This document shows, in pieces, positions 37,299 through 47,309 of a DNA stretch of 64,000 bases. Made by a program: the position numbers and the translations under genes. Every line of letters starts with the position of its first letter. Position 1 is the first letter of the stretch. The notes under the pieces were generated by a model. It had not been told where the DNA came from, did no database searches, and saw only the letters and a list, made by a program, of their open reading frames with translations. This stretch comes from Candidatus Thorarchaeota archaeon. Its GTDB lineage: Archaea > Asgardarchaeota > Thorarchaeia > Thorarchaeales > Thorarchaeaceae. Location: the NCBI GenBank assembly GCA_011364985.1, contig RDOC01000001.1, forward strand, positions 91,124 to 155,123, read 5' to 3'.

Positions 37299-38675
37299 AT
37301 GACGATGATAGTTGTCCCCTTATTATCGGCGGCTATCCAGCTAACAGGGGTAATACTCGGTGCCCAGTTTGTCAAGGATGACAATCCAAACCCTTTTGGA
37401 GTCTTCCTCTCGGCTTCTTGTATTGCGCTACTTGTTAGGAGCCTTTCTCTTCTGGTGACGCAGAGCTTTAATGAATTCAGCGGGGTAATGGACTATCCTT
37501 TTGAAGTACTACTGCTTCTTGTTTCAGGAGTTCTTGTAGGAATGACTTATGCCTTGACTGAGTCTTTGCCAGAAACAGGCAAGATCTTACCTTCAATTTC
37601 AATACATCCGGAATTGCACCTGCTCAGAGCAACTCTTGAGTCAACAGCCGAAGGCATTCTTGTGGTTGATGATGCAGGCACACATCTTCTCAGCAACACG
37701 CGATTTGCCGAGATGTGCAGAATTCCAAGGTCTCTGACGACCAAGGGAGTAGATGTCAATTCTCTTGACTATGTAACAGATCAGTTGGAGGACTCACTAA
37801 GATTCCAATCATACTTCAATGAACTCAGACATAGTATGAAAGCGGATATCTTTGATCTCAAGTTTCTTGATGGACGGCTGTTCGAGTGCTACACTGTTCC
37901 GATAGTTCAGGGCGATCGAAGCTTCAGTAGAATCTGGAGCTTCCGAGATGTGACAATACTTAGACGCGCCGAGGACAAAGCAATGCTCTATCTGGACCTA
38001 ATGAGTCACGATATCAGAAACCGCCTTCAAGGTATTGCCATGAGTCTGGAGATACTAAACCTCTTTGTACAAGATAGCAGCTCAATTGAAACGATCAATG
38101 ATATTGAAAACAATGTTCAGAGATGCGCCAGCCTTATTTCTAAGGTCAAAGCAACCGAAAAAATAGACAAAGCACCTCTTGCTGGAAGATCTTTGTCAAC
38201 CGCTATTGAACAATCACTGAAGGCGATCCAGTCGAGTTTTGATGGGGTCGAAGTAGACTACTCATCAAACGTTGAGAATGCGATTGTACAATCAGATAGC
38301 TTCCTCGAAACACTTCTAGCCAATGTACTTGAGAATGCGGTCATTCATAATCACAGCAATAAGAAGTGTATCTGGGTGAATCTCAGGAAACTGGATCAGG
38401 GATACGAGGTTACAATAGCAGATAATGGTCCAGGAATTCATGACGAACTCAAGGCTGACTTATTCCACAAAGACAGAAGATACGGCGGAGTGGGACTTCA
38501 TCTGGTTTCGCATGTAACGGAGAAGTATGGTGGTAGCTTGCAGATTTCAGACCGTATTCCCGGGTGCCCCGAACAAGGCTTAGAGTTTCGATTGTGGATT
38601 CCTAGTCTTGAGGAAGAACGAAGCTGTTTTGACTATGCTTGCAAGACAGATATAGGGTCATCTAGCAGAATGTAA
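37299..38675 (+). CDS. Membrane-bound PAS sensor histidine kinase
   Basis: 458 aa with N-terminal TM helices, a PAS region (LESTAEGILVVDDAGTHLLSN), an H-box (LMSHDIRNRLQGI) and an ATPase domain (NAVIHN, DNGPGI, GGVGLHLV). Confidence 0.8.
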   Translation: MTMIVVPLLSAAIQLTGVILGAQFVKDDNPNPFGVFLSASCIALLVRSLSLLVTQSFNEFSGVMDYPFEVLLLLVSGVLVGMTYALTESLPETGKILPSISIHPELHLLRATLESTAEGILVVDDAGTHLLSNTRFAEMCRIPRSLTTKGVDVNSLDYVTDQLEDSLRFQSYFNELRHSMKADIFDLKFLDGRLFECYTVPIVQGDRSFSRIWSFRDVTILRRAEDKAMLYLDLMSHDIRNRLQGIAMSLEILNLFVQDSSSIETINDIENNVQRCASLISKVKATEKIDKAPLAGRSLSTAIEQSLKAIQSSFDGVEVDYSSNVENAIVQSDSFLETLLANVLENAVIHNHSNKKCIWVNLRKLDQGYEVTIADNGPGIHDELKADLFHKDRRYGGVGLHLVSHVTEKYGGSLQISDRIPGCPEQGLEFRLWIPSLEEERSCFDYACKTDIGSSSRM

Positions 38676-38679
38676 ACGC

Positions 38680-39729
38680 CTAATCCACAATGGGTAAGAG
38701 AATCTCAAAAGATGCGCCCCTTCGGATATCCGAATCGATGAGCTCAATGCTGCCGCCCATTGTCTCTAATACACGTCTTGACAGGTACAGCCCAAGTCCG
38801 CCTCCTCGGGTGGAAACTCCCTTCTGGAATAATGCTCCTCTAATCTCCTTTGCCACTCCAGGTCCATCATCAGCCACCACAACTCTAAGAGTATCATCTT
38901 GTTTTGAAATCGAAATAGTAACGGTTGGATGGTTTCCTGCATAGACTTCGGCATTCCGCAGGAGGTTATCAAAAACAAGTGGAAGAAGCTGGCTAGCGGG
39001 AATACGAACACCCTTGACGCTTTCATCGACCATAACTTCAACTTTCATGCCCATGCTGGCTATCTTGATCTGGTTTGCGATTCTTCCTATCATAGCAATG
39101 GGATCGGTATCGGCCATTTTGGCAGCTGCTCCAAATGCATTCAGGAGATTCAGCATTCGTTCACAAACGGCTTCGGTTGAGGCAAGAATCTCATCCAACA
39201 CATCATCTCTATCTGATATGGTCATCTTGGCAATCTCAACATTCCCCAAGATTACCCCGAGATCGTTCCGAAAATCGTGTCTCAGCAGGGATGCATAGAG
39301 CTCAAGTTCATGATGTAGTTGATCCTTGGTCCTCTCAACCTGTTTCAGTTCCATGTAACGACCAAGCTCTGCCGCCACCGTATCGATGAAGTTCCTTTCG
39401 TGAAGTAGAAAAGGGCCTTCTTCCGCACAGGGTTTCTCTTCAAGGTAATAGACTTCCACCGCACCAATAGGAGTGTCCCCTATTGCTATTTCAGCTCTTT
39501 GCAGCCAATCAGTCGTTCTGAAATTCGCCGAAGAAATCTTTTTGTTATCCCAAATCACTCTGGCACAGGTATCGTTAGGGTATTGCCAAGCCTCGGGAAG
39601 CAAGTGCACTAGAGTATTTATGACTTCAGAGGTTTCCTTCTGTGATTCTTTGAAGAGCTTGGAGATCACATTAAGACACAGTATTTGGTGTGCTATTGCT
39701 TCAATTGATTGAACATTTTTCTCCGGCAA
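38680..39729 (-). CDS. Cytoplasmic sensor histidine kinase
   Basis: 349 aa with an H-box (LLRHDFRNDLGVILG), N-box (LLRNAEVYA), DDGPGV and GGGLGLYL. The N-terminal sensor domain is unassigned. Confidence 0.8.
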   Translation of the reverse strand: MPEKNVQSIEAIAHQILCLNVISKLFKESQKETSEVINTLVHLLPEAWQYPNDTCARVIWDNKKISSANFRTTDWLQRAEIAIGDTPIGAVEVYYLEEKPCAEEGPFLLHERNFIDTVAAELGRYMELKQVERTKDQLHHELELYASLLRHDFRNDLGVILGNVEIAKMTISDRDDVLDEILASTEAVCERMLNLLNAFGAAAKMADTDPIAMIGRIANQIKIASMGMKVEVMVDESVKGVRIPASQLLPLVFDNLLRNAEVYAGNHPTVTISISKQDDTLRVVVADDGPGVAKEIRGALFQKGVSTRGGGLGLYLSRRVLETMGGSIELIDSDIRRGASFEILLPIVD

Positions 39730-40108
39730 GTGAATGCTAACCTCATGTGACTAATAGGATCTATTGGTAGACAGACAGCGAGAATAGGTCCAATATGTAT
39801 CTAAGAATGTTTCGTCAAACGTATTTTCAGGATTATAAGTTGCTACTAGCTCTAAGTGAATATGAAATCGAATCGTTCGATCCCCCCCCTCCGTAATGGG
39901 ATATCTTGAACAGAAACTTCTGCAATACGAGATTAATCGGTAAACTGAAAGAAGAGGATTTGAGCTTACATAAAAGGAGGAGGGAGTAGATAGGGAGTAT
40001 GCTAAAAAGGGAATTTCAGATGAATATAATGATGATTTGCAACGAAGTTGCTCAGAATCCCTCATGATGTTGTGATGCATAATCAGAGGAATTGGAGGTA
40101 ATGAAGGA

Positions 40109-41212
40109 ATGGAGAATCTCCAACTTATCGTATCCCTCATTGAAGGCACTAACGATCTAATTCACAGCATTCAGGCAGATGAAAGCATGGAATTCGTAAA
40201 CAGATCTTGGTTGGAAACCATGGGCTATTCCCACAAGGATATTGAAACGTTGAAGACAAAGGATTATGTTTTTCCCGGCCAAATTAGGAAGTATCAAGAA
40301 CTCGTAAAGGAAATCTTTCGTGGCAAGACTAAGAAGGATGTTCAGGTGACCTTTGTCACGAAGAATGGTGATTTGATTGAGACGGAGGGAAACATGTTTC
40401 CAAGACAAGAGGGTGGCAAAGTTGTTGCTGCAGTTGGCTTCTTCAGAGATGTCACAGAGAAAATGGAAACCAAGAAAAGGCTTCAGGAAGCAAAAGCAGA
40501 CACCGAGTTCTTTGTGGACTTGATGGTTCATGACATAGCAAATATCCACCAAGAACTCCTATCTGCTCTCGAAATCCTTCTCTTTAATCGGGAGATGCCG
40601 AGTGAAATTGAGGCCATTGTCAAAGAAAGTCTTGCTGAATTAGAAAGAGGATCAGACCTGATTTCCAATGTCAGGAAATTGACGCGTCTTTACAAAGAAG
40701 CCTTGGAAACAAGGGAGAAGGACTTGGCGAGTAGCATCTCTATTTCCGCCAAGAACGTTGAGAGAAGCTTCCCTGAAAAGAAGTTACTTCTTCGAATGAA
40801 TATCGAACCTGGGGACTTCGTCGTTAGGGCCGATGAGTATCTTGAGGATGTATTCTTCGGACTTCTACACAACTCGATGAAGTTTGACGAGAAGAATGAG
40901 GTTGAAGTGGATATGCAGATTGAAGCCATCAAGCACACACCTTTTCTCAAGATTCAAATTAAGGACCACGGCCCTGGAATTAGGGACGAGGAAAAGGAGT
41001 CTGTATTTGCGCGTTTCGCTCATAGGCGGGAAAGCGTTATGGGCCTAGGTCTTGGTTTGACTTTGGTAAGGAAAATTCTTGAGAACTATGGTGCGTATAT
41101 TCGCGTAGAGGATCGTGTTGAGGGCGATCATACTAAGGGGGCCAATTTTGTGATACTTATGCGATATGAAGAACTCGGAAGCAAGAGAATAGCAAAGGAG
41201 GTTGAGGCGTGA
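40109..41212 (+). CDS. PAS sensor histidine kinase
   Basis: 367 aa with a PAS region, H-box (LMVHDIANIHQEL), LHNSMKF, DHGPGI and GLGLGLTLV. Its stop overlaps the receiver gene start. Confidence 0.8.
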   Translation: MENLQLIVSLIEGTNDLIHSIQADESMEFVNRSWLETMGYSHKDIETLKTKDYVFPGQIRKYQELVKEIFRGKTKKDVQVTFVTKNGDLIETEGNMFPRQEGGKVVAAVGFFRDVTEKMETKKRLQEAKADTEFFVDLMVHDIANIHQELLSALEILLFNREMPSEIEAIVKESLAELERGSDLISNVRKLTRLYKEALETREKDLASSISISAKNVERSFPEKKLLLRMNIEPGDFVVRADEYLEDVFFGLLHNSMKFDEKNEVEVDMQIEAIKHTPFLKIQIKDHGPGIRDEEKESVFARFAHRRESVMGLGLGLTLVRKILENYGAYIRVEDRVEGDHTKGANFVILMRYEELGSKRIAKEVEA

Positions 41213-41571
41213 TGGTAAGTATACTCATTGTCGATGATGACAAATTCCTGCACAAAGTGTTGGAGAAAATCCTAATCATTGGCGGCCATCAGGTTGTCGA
41301 CCACGCATACGACGGAGCAGAGGCACTGGAGAAGTTTGTGAAACTCAATCCAAAGCCTGATATTATTCTGATGGACCATCGAATGCCTGTCATGAATGGC
41401 GCCACTGCCACAAGAGAAATCACCCGCTTGAATCTAGATAGTCTAATCATTTTCATCAGTGCTGATGACACTGTGAAGGAAGAAGCGATGCAGTCCGGCG
41501 CCCGTGATTTCCTTACAAAGCCCATTCGCAGCTCAGAGCTTTTCTCAGTAATTGACAAACATTCGGCATAA
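41209..41571 (+). CDS. Single-domain response regulator receiver (CheY-like)
   Basis: MVSILIVDDD, phospho-acceptor context IILMDHRMPVMNG, FISADD and LTKP. The likely start is ATG 41212 (TGATG overlap with the kinase stop). Confidence 0.85.
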   Translation: MMVSILIVDDDKFLHKVLEKILIIGGHQVVDHAYDGAEALEKFVKLNPKPDIILMDHRMPVMNGATATREITRLNLDSLIIFISADDTVKEEAMQSGARDFLTKPIRSSELFSVIDKHSA

Positions 41572-41946
41572 CAACTTCATGAGATGCTCGATATGTGAAG
41601 CATTCGTATCTGGAATAGAGGCTCGCTTTCTGAGCATCTGACAACTCCAAGGATGCCAAAGATCCTTAAGAGAGCAGATCCTCCGGCCAATCTGTCAGGA
41701 TACGAGTTTCTACCATGCACTCACATACTTGTGTGCAGAGTTGAGAATCACTGAACACTGGCCGTAGCTGTTTCTGTCATGACTATTTTCATCGGTAAAG
41801 TAAAGGTCAGAGCCCGCCTTGTCAGAAGAAATCTCGTGAGACCGACACTTTGCTACAAAGCAAGGTTGAAGAGTGAGTTTCAAGGATGCTTGCCAATCCT
41901 CAACGAATGCCAAAGCTGAGATTCCATTTGCAGTGACTACTCCAAA

Positions 41947-43236
41947 TTACACAACCAAGTCCTCGAAGCTCGAACTCCACACTTCAAGGCAAGAAGTCAT
42001 TGCCTCTTTCGAGATCCTTTCGGCAGTCGCAGAACCCAATTTCTGTGAAACTTGATTCGCCAAATCCTTCTGAATAGACTCAAGAGCATCAGATAGCTGG
42101 AGCAAATTTCTGATTTCGAGAGCCTCTTCAAGCCGACAAGTGATTTTGAAACCTCTGCTGCATTCTATTCTAGTGGCCCATGGAATTTGAGCCACAGTTC
42201 TTTCAATTGCCAGATTGAAGTAGTTTCTTATTGATTTCGCATCCAAAAGGTTTGAGGCCCTTTTGAGCATCATTGTGAGGATACATTCATTGACAAGAAC
42301 TAGCTTTCGTTCAAGCGTGACTCTTTGAATGTATCCTCCATTCGTCAACAGACCAAGTTCAATCATCAGCGTTTCGCTAGAGTCCAATTTCAGCTTACGC
42401 AGAATATGAATCAGTTTTGTCCTATTATTTAGTGATCCAATGACCTTCAGCGTATCTAGTCGAAGTTTCTTTGGATTTTGCATGTCTAGTAAGAAACTGC
42501 CTGACTCCTCTGATAGCATGAGAATATCATCGTCAGGCGGAACAAAAACAACATGAATGAATCTATTCCACAGTGCCCTTGATATCAGTTCTGTAATCTC
42601 TTCAAACGATACCTCTAGAAGCTGCATTGCTGATGAAAGCGTCATCCGGTCCTCAATTTGAGTGAGTAGCTTCTTAATATTGTATGACCATCGAGGCGAT
42701 TCACAGTGAACAAAGTTCTCTCTCCAATCATAACCTTTCAGAATTATGGCTCTGTTGGATAGTCTGTCTGCAACAAACAATCTCCTTACGAACTGGTCGA
42801 AATCGCGAAATGCACTTCCTTCAAATCCATCAGCTTCCCTGAGTATCGCAAAGCTATCTTCAAATTCTCTCACTATCCTACGAAGTTTGCTTCTTGCCTC
42901 GCTTGTTTCTTTCTTTACAACAAGAACGCCCATTGCCCATTCGCCCTCTTCAACAATGAGGGTTGTATCGGAGCCATACTCTGTCTTCCAGTGAGTACGT
43001 CTAGTTCCAGTTATTTCTTGCATGAAAGATGTAAGTGCTGAAATCAAACCTGATAGCACCTGTGTATCTTGTGATACAGCAACGAATTCATGAGAATATG
43101 GCGCGACACCCGAAAATGCATTCAGAATGAACAAGAATTGCTCATTTGATAGTGTGGAGTAATCCTTTGTCGCAAAGGACTCCCTATCCGATCTAAGAAA
43201 TGAAACCAAATCACTTCCTGACGGAAATCGACTCAT
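41947..43236 (-). CDS. Hypothetical regulator-like protein; N-terminal region roadblock/longin-like (tentative), central wHTH-like segments
   Basis: 429 aa. VSQDTQVLSGLISALTSFMQEITG...TTLIVEEGEWAMGVLVVKKETSEARSKLRRIVREFEDSF resembles roadblock/LC7-type alpha-beta sandwiches. It lies 37 nt downstream of the Asn-variant receiver gene on the same strand. Confidence 0.4.
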   Translation of the reverse strand: MSRFPSGSDLVSFLRSDRESFATKDYSTLSNEQFLFILNAFSGVAPYSHEFVAVSQDTQVLSGLISALTSFMQEITGTRRTHWKTEYGSDTTLIVEEGEWAMGVLVVKKETSEARSKLRRIVREFEDSFAILREADGFEGSAFRDFDQFVRRLFVADRLSNRAIILKGYDWRENFVHCESPRWSYNIKKLLTQIEDRMTLSSAMQLLEVSFEEITELISRALWNRFIHVVFVPPDDDILMLSEESGSFLLDMQNPKKLRLDTLKVIGSLNNRTKLIHILRKLKLDSSETLMIELGLLTNGGYIQRVTLERKLVLVNECILTMMLKRASNLLDAKSIRNYFNLAIERTVAQIPWATRIECSRGFKITCRLEEALEIRNLLQLSDALESIQKDLANQVSQKLGSATAERISKEAMTSCLEVWSSSFEDLVV

Positions 43237-43273
43237 AGTATTGCATCCTTCTCTTCAGGTTTGCGTTATCGTG

Positions 43274-43636
43274 TTATTTAGTATATCTGCCAATTTCCTC
43301 AAAATGATTCTTGCTTTGAGTTGGCTTTGTCATGAAGCCCAGCGCGCCGAACTTCATTGCTCTCTGTTTCACCGAATCGTCGGCGCTGATGAACACTACG
43401 ACTGTATCGGGATTCATTTCCTTGCACTCCTGTGTTGCCGCGACACCATTCATCACAGGCATCCGGTGATTCATCAGCACGATATCCGGTTTAGGATTCA
43501 GTGTGACATACCTTTGGAGAGCTTCTGCCCCATTGAATGCATGTTCAGTTACAGCATGACCGCCCAAGCCCTGGAGACGTTCAAGGATTTCGTGAAGAAA
43601 TACATCATCGTCCACAATCATAATCGACACCATCAT
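43274..43636 (-). CDS. Receiver-domain protein with Asn replacing the phospho-acceptor Asp (pseudo-receiver)
   Basis: MMVSIMIVDDD, DIVLMNHRMPVMNG (AAT codon at 43469-43471 where the paralog at 41209 has Asp), FISADD and MTKP. It is otherwise about 60% identical by eye to the 41209 receiver. The track ORF extends to 43678. Confidence 0.8.
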   Translation of the reverse strand: MMVSIMIVDDDVFLHEILERLQGLGGHAVTEHAFNGAEALQRYVTLNPKPDIVLMNHRMPVMNGVAATQECKEMNPDTVVVFISADDSVKQRAMKFGALGFMTKPTQSKNHFEEIGRYTK

Positions 43637-44651
43637 TAGGCATTCTCCTACGATTTCTTCGACCGTTTTGACATTCAATAAAGGTGCGACTGCTCACTTC
43701 GAGCTACTACTTTATATCTGCTCCCCAATGATTTCCATTGTTTTTCTGCATATTTGATGAAGTTGCAGAGGTTTCTTGGAGCTAGCAACTGCGACTACAT
43801 CATCTCATCTATTTTTCGGTGGTTGGTACCTCTTCCTATAATATGCGTTTTCGTCTTCTTTCCCAACCAAAGGCCTTGTAAGACTGGCTAAAGCTTCGCT
43901 TTTCTGTGTTCTGGTCACTTTTGTTTGACTTGCCTACTTCTCCCACCTCACATGAATCATGCGTTATTATTGCTATATCAGAAGGGGTTGCATAAGTCTC
44001 GATCAAGGAACTCAGAATCATCATTGGGATTAATGCTTTCAATCGCATGGTTGATCCCCTCAAATGATTGTGGTATAGGCATGTCCAGTCCAATAGATTC
44101 ACATAAGTTCAGATTTGAGTCAGTTTGTTCTCTGTTGTTGAAGCTTTTGGAACTCTACTCTTTGTCACATTATGAATCTTGCTTGCAGGAATTCTACTTC
44201 ATGTTGTGCCATTCTTCAGCAGATGCGGTATAGAATAGTCATAAGGCACTGAGAGTCAGAATTGGTTCTGATAGAGAAAGGATTTGAGAATGGATATATG
44301 CCTCCATAGATTGGGTTCGTTATTGTTGGATGGACATATTCTACTAGAAACTGCTGTTTTTCAATTGATCTTCTGTGTCATTTTCTGCTAACAGAGTTGA
44401 CTGGATTAGGCACCACTAGGATAGAGAATCCAGTGCATCTTCTTTTCCATATGCTTCGAGAGATATCATTTGCATTACACTTTGGATTCTGACGAAATGA
44501 AGATGCAATACTCTCGACATCTAAACAGTCAGAAGATTGACCTGCTTTAGAGACAAAACAACAAAGCATTTGCAAATTGGCTAGTAGCGTTTCAGCATAA
44601 GATCATATTGCGAAAGACTGAGGGTGATTTGCAAGTCAATGCTATGAATAC

Positions 44652-46148
44652 CTAACCATATCGAGCAGAATCAATTGGCACAGCAGGAATCTCTATGATA
44701 AACCTCGCCCCCTGACTGTAATCTCCTGGCACTCTGTTTTCCACAACGATTTTCCCCCCATAATGACTAATGATGCGGTTTAGTAAGGTAAGACCAACTC
44801 CAGTTCCAAGGTGGCCAGAACTTAAGAGCGATACTCTTCCAAATAGTAGTCCTTTTGTTTGATCAGGGATTCCCGTCCCATGATCTGCAATGTCAATTCT
44901 AATCCTTGATTTATCTTCACTCATGACCATACTGATATCTACATCAACTGAAGGTTCTGGATCGAATCTCATTGCATTATGAAGGACTGCATAGAAAGCA
45001 TCTGTCAAGTACTCATCGGCCATTACTTCAAGCAACTCTGGTTCAATCTTGGTCTTCAGATTGAGTTCCTTGTAAGGCAAGTCTTTCTGGACTCTGTCCG
45101 TGGCTTTTGTTAATGCAGCAAGAGGGTTAGTGGGCGTAAGTTCGGGGGGTGAGTCCTCTATCTTTTTGAATTTTTGAACATTCTTGATTAGCCGGTTGCT
45201 TCGAATCATTTGATATAATCCCTCTTGAATCAGTTCTTTTGTCCTATTTGTAAGGCCTGTATCCAACAGAAGAATATCGAAGATCCCATATACAGCCTGA
45301 TTGATATTAGATAAATCGTGACTCATCAAATCCAAAAAGAACTCGGCCCGATTCCGAGACTCTTCTATCTTCTTCTCTGATTCTATTCTGTCAGTATTAT
45401 CTACCTGAACAATCTGGATTGCATCTTCTCCATCATACTGAATGACAGCGAAATGTGAATTAATCCATCTACAAGTCCCATCTCTGCGAATTATCCTAAA
45501 TTGCTGATGTGTTGATGTCTCAGATCCTTCAAGAAATCTCGAATATGCCTCTCTCAATATAACGACATCCTCAGTATGGATGAAGTTCGACATATGCTTT
45601 ACCTCAAGATTCAGAATCTCATCAATAGTGCACCCCATCATATCAGCGTATGCCTGATTTGAGTAGACAATTCTGTCATCTTGGAGAATCGCGATACCAT
45701 GAACAGAAGACTCAGCTAAAGCTTTGTAATTTTCCTCACTTCGTTTAAGGTTATTCTCAGCTTGTTTTCGTTCAGTAATATCAGATATGACCGTTTGTAT
45801 AACCTTTTCTTTACCTATATCAACAAAATTAGACGAAACATCAGCAATGAATGTTTCGCCGTTCTTCCTTCTTAACGTTGCCTCAATTCTGGTCCAACCT
45901 TGCACGTTGATTGCCTCTACAATCTGTTGAATGGTTTCTTTGTCAGCAATTTTGGTGAGTTTTATGGAGAGCAGCTCATCTCTTGTGTAACCAAAAAGGT
46001 CCACAGCGCTCTGATTTGCATCAAGTGTATTTCCATTCAGGCTTCGGATCAGAATTGCATCTCTGGTTGAATGAAAGAGCTGGCTGTATTTCTCCTCACT
46101 CATTCGAAGCTCCTCTACAGCTTCCTTCTGTGGTGTTATATCCTGCAT
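44652..46148 (-). CDS. Multi-PAS sensor histidine kinase
   Basis: 498 aa with three PAS-like segments separated by DITERK/EELR-type linkers, an H-box (LMSHDLSNINQAV), LHNAMRF, DHGTGI and GTGVGLTLL. Paralog of the 40109 kinase. Confidence 0.8.
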   Translation of the reverse strand: MQDITPQKEAVEELRMSEEKYSQLFHSTRDAILIRSLNGNTLDANQSAVDLFGYTRDELLSIKLTKIADKETIQQIVEAINVQGWTRIEATLRRKNGETFIADVSSNFVDIGKEKVIQTVISDITERKQAENNLKRSEENYKALAESSVHGIAILQDDRIVYSNQAYADMMGCTIDEILNLEVKHMSNFIHTEDVVILREAYSRFLEGSETSTHQQFRIIRRDGTCRWINSHFAVIQYDGEDAIQIVQVDNTDRIESEKKIEESRNRAEFFLDLMSHDLSNINQAVYGIFDILLLDTGLTNRTKELIQEGLYQMIRSNRLIKNVQKFKKIEDSPPELTPTNPLAALTKATDRVQKDLPYKELNLKTKIEPELLEVMADEYLTDAFYAVLHNAMRFDPEPSVDVDISMVMSEDKSRIRIDIADHGTGIPDQTKGLLFGRVSLLSSGHLGTGVGLTLLNRIISHYGGKIVVENRVPGDYSQGARFIIEIPAVPIDSARYG

Positions 46149-46548
46149 TTGTACAATATAGCCTTGTACTCATGACATAGTCTACTGTTGCGTTGCCGTT
46201 TATCGCGGAGGTGTAGTTTATTGTGCCCAGAGTGGTTACGCCGAATCTTGTGGTCTTCAGGGTTTGATCATTTAGTTCTGAAGGTTCGAAAATGAGGTCT
46301 GGATTCAGTACGAAATAGCCAGATGGATTCTGGCGAATCCTAACGTATTGGATAATATCATTTGGATTGTAATAGATATTATCACATTCATACTCATCGA
46401 GAGCGCACTCATATTCTGACTGTATAGCTTGGGCTTCAAGCTCATGAATGAATGTGAACACCTGCATTGCTCCTCCTAGTAACAAGAAGACCAGCGCTAT
46501 GCCCAGAACATAGTTGGCCGCATACCTTCCAGGCACTCCATTCGTCAC
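46096..46548 (-). CDS. Hypothetical membrane-anchored protein
   Basis: 150 aa with one N-terminal TM helix (YVLGIALVFLLLGGAMQVF), then a probably extracytoplasmic domain. Its 3' end overlaps the kinase start by 53 nt in another frame. Confidence 0.35.
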   Translation of the reverse strand: MTNGVPGRYAANYVLGIALVFLLLGGAMQVFTFIHELEAQAIQSEYECALDEYECDNIYYNPNDIIQYVRIRQNPSGYFVLNPDLIFEPSELNDQTLKTTRFGVTTLGTINYTSAINGNATVDYVMSTRLYCTNAGYNTTEGSCRGASNE

Positions 46549-47309
46549 AATACAACCAGTCCCCTTCTCTTAATTCCTGACAAGATAAATTAAGTTTATC
46601 TTGCATTTCTATCCATTCTCGAAATCATAGAACTGCGCACCTCTCACCTGTGCCATATACGTCCTTCCTCACATGTCCGATATGATGTAATGACCCTCCT
46701 ATGCCATCATCACTCAGCAAGAGCTTTGCAGGATTCCGTTCAATGAAGAACAGATCACCAATTCGAACGTTCCTCAGGTCGATCTTTGAGGCAGTAATGA
46801 CGGGGCAGACTACCACTTTTCTATCTCGTCTATGTTGGTGAAGATCTATATCAGATTCTCCTTTGGAGATTTCTGATTATGCTAATTGACGGGTATAGAC
46901 TAGATCTATGAATTGACACACTCCGTGAGGGTGTATGGAATCTTAGCACCACTTCCTGATTCTGTTCGTGATCCGGCTTCTCCATTATATGGCTCATAGT
47001 GTGGTCTACTCATCTACGTTCTGGATCTGTGCGTGTATTCATGACAAATTCCAATGCTGTAATGTTCCTAGAATTACTTGCTATCTCTGTAGGTTTCGGT
47101 CTTACTGCATACTATCCCTTGCCGAGCCGAAAAGAAGAATGAACAGTATACATTGGATAGCATTACATAGCCACGGGCATGAGTGCGTTCTCCAGGATAG
47201 GAGATCATGACAGATGTGATTCGTTTTCGGAAGTTCTTCTTCATATGAGTTTTGTCAATAGGTAAGATACTTAAAAGACGGAAGTTTGTGGAACACTTGG
47301 AGATGGCAA

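Noticed and set aside
44652-46548. Possible single frameshifted gene joining the 150-aa membrane-anchored ORF (46096..46548) to the multi-PAS kinase (44652..46148), which overlap by 53 nt in different frames.
   Set aside because: The upstream ORF has only one TM helix, so its body would be extracytoplasmic. A direct fusion to cytoplasmic PAS domains without a second TM helix is topologically inconsistent. The kinase frame is closed by a TGA 8 codons upstream of its ATG. I kept them as separate genes, with low confidence for the upstream one.
32320-47309. Calling the 15-kb block an integrated mobile element or provirus.
   Set aside because: I recognised no integrase, transposase, replication or structural genes, no terminal inverted repeats and no tRNA target. 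The flanking repeats are diverged coding sequence rather than identical att sites. It is reported as an insertion or rearrangement of unknown mechanism instead.
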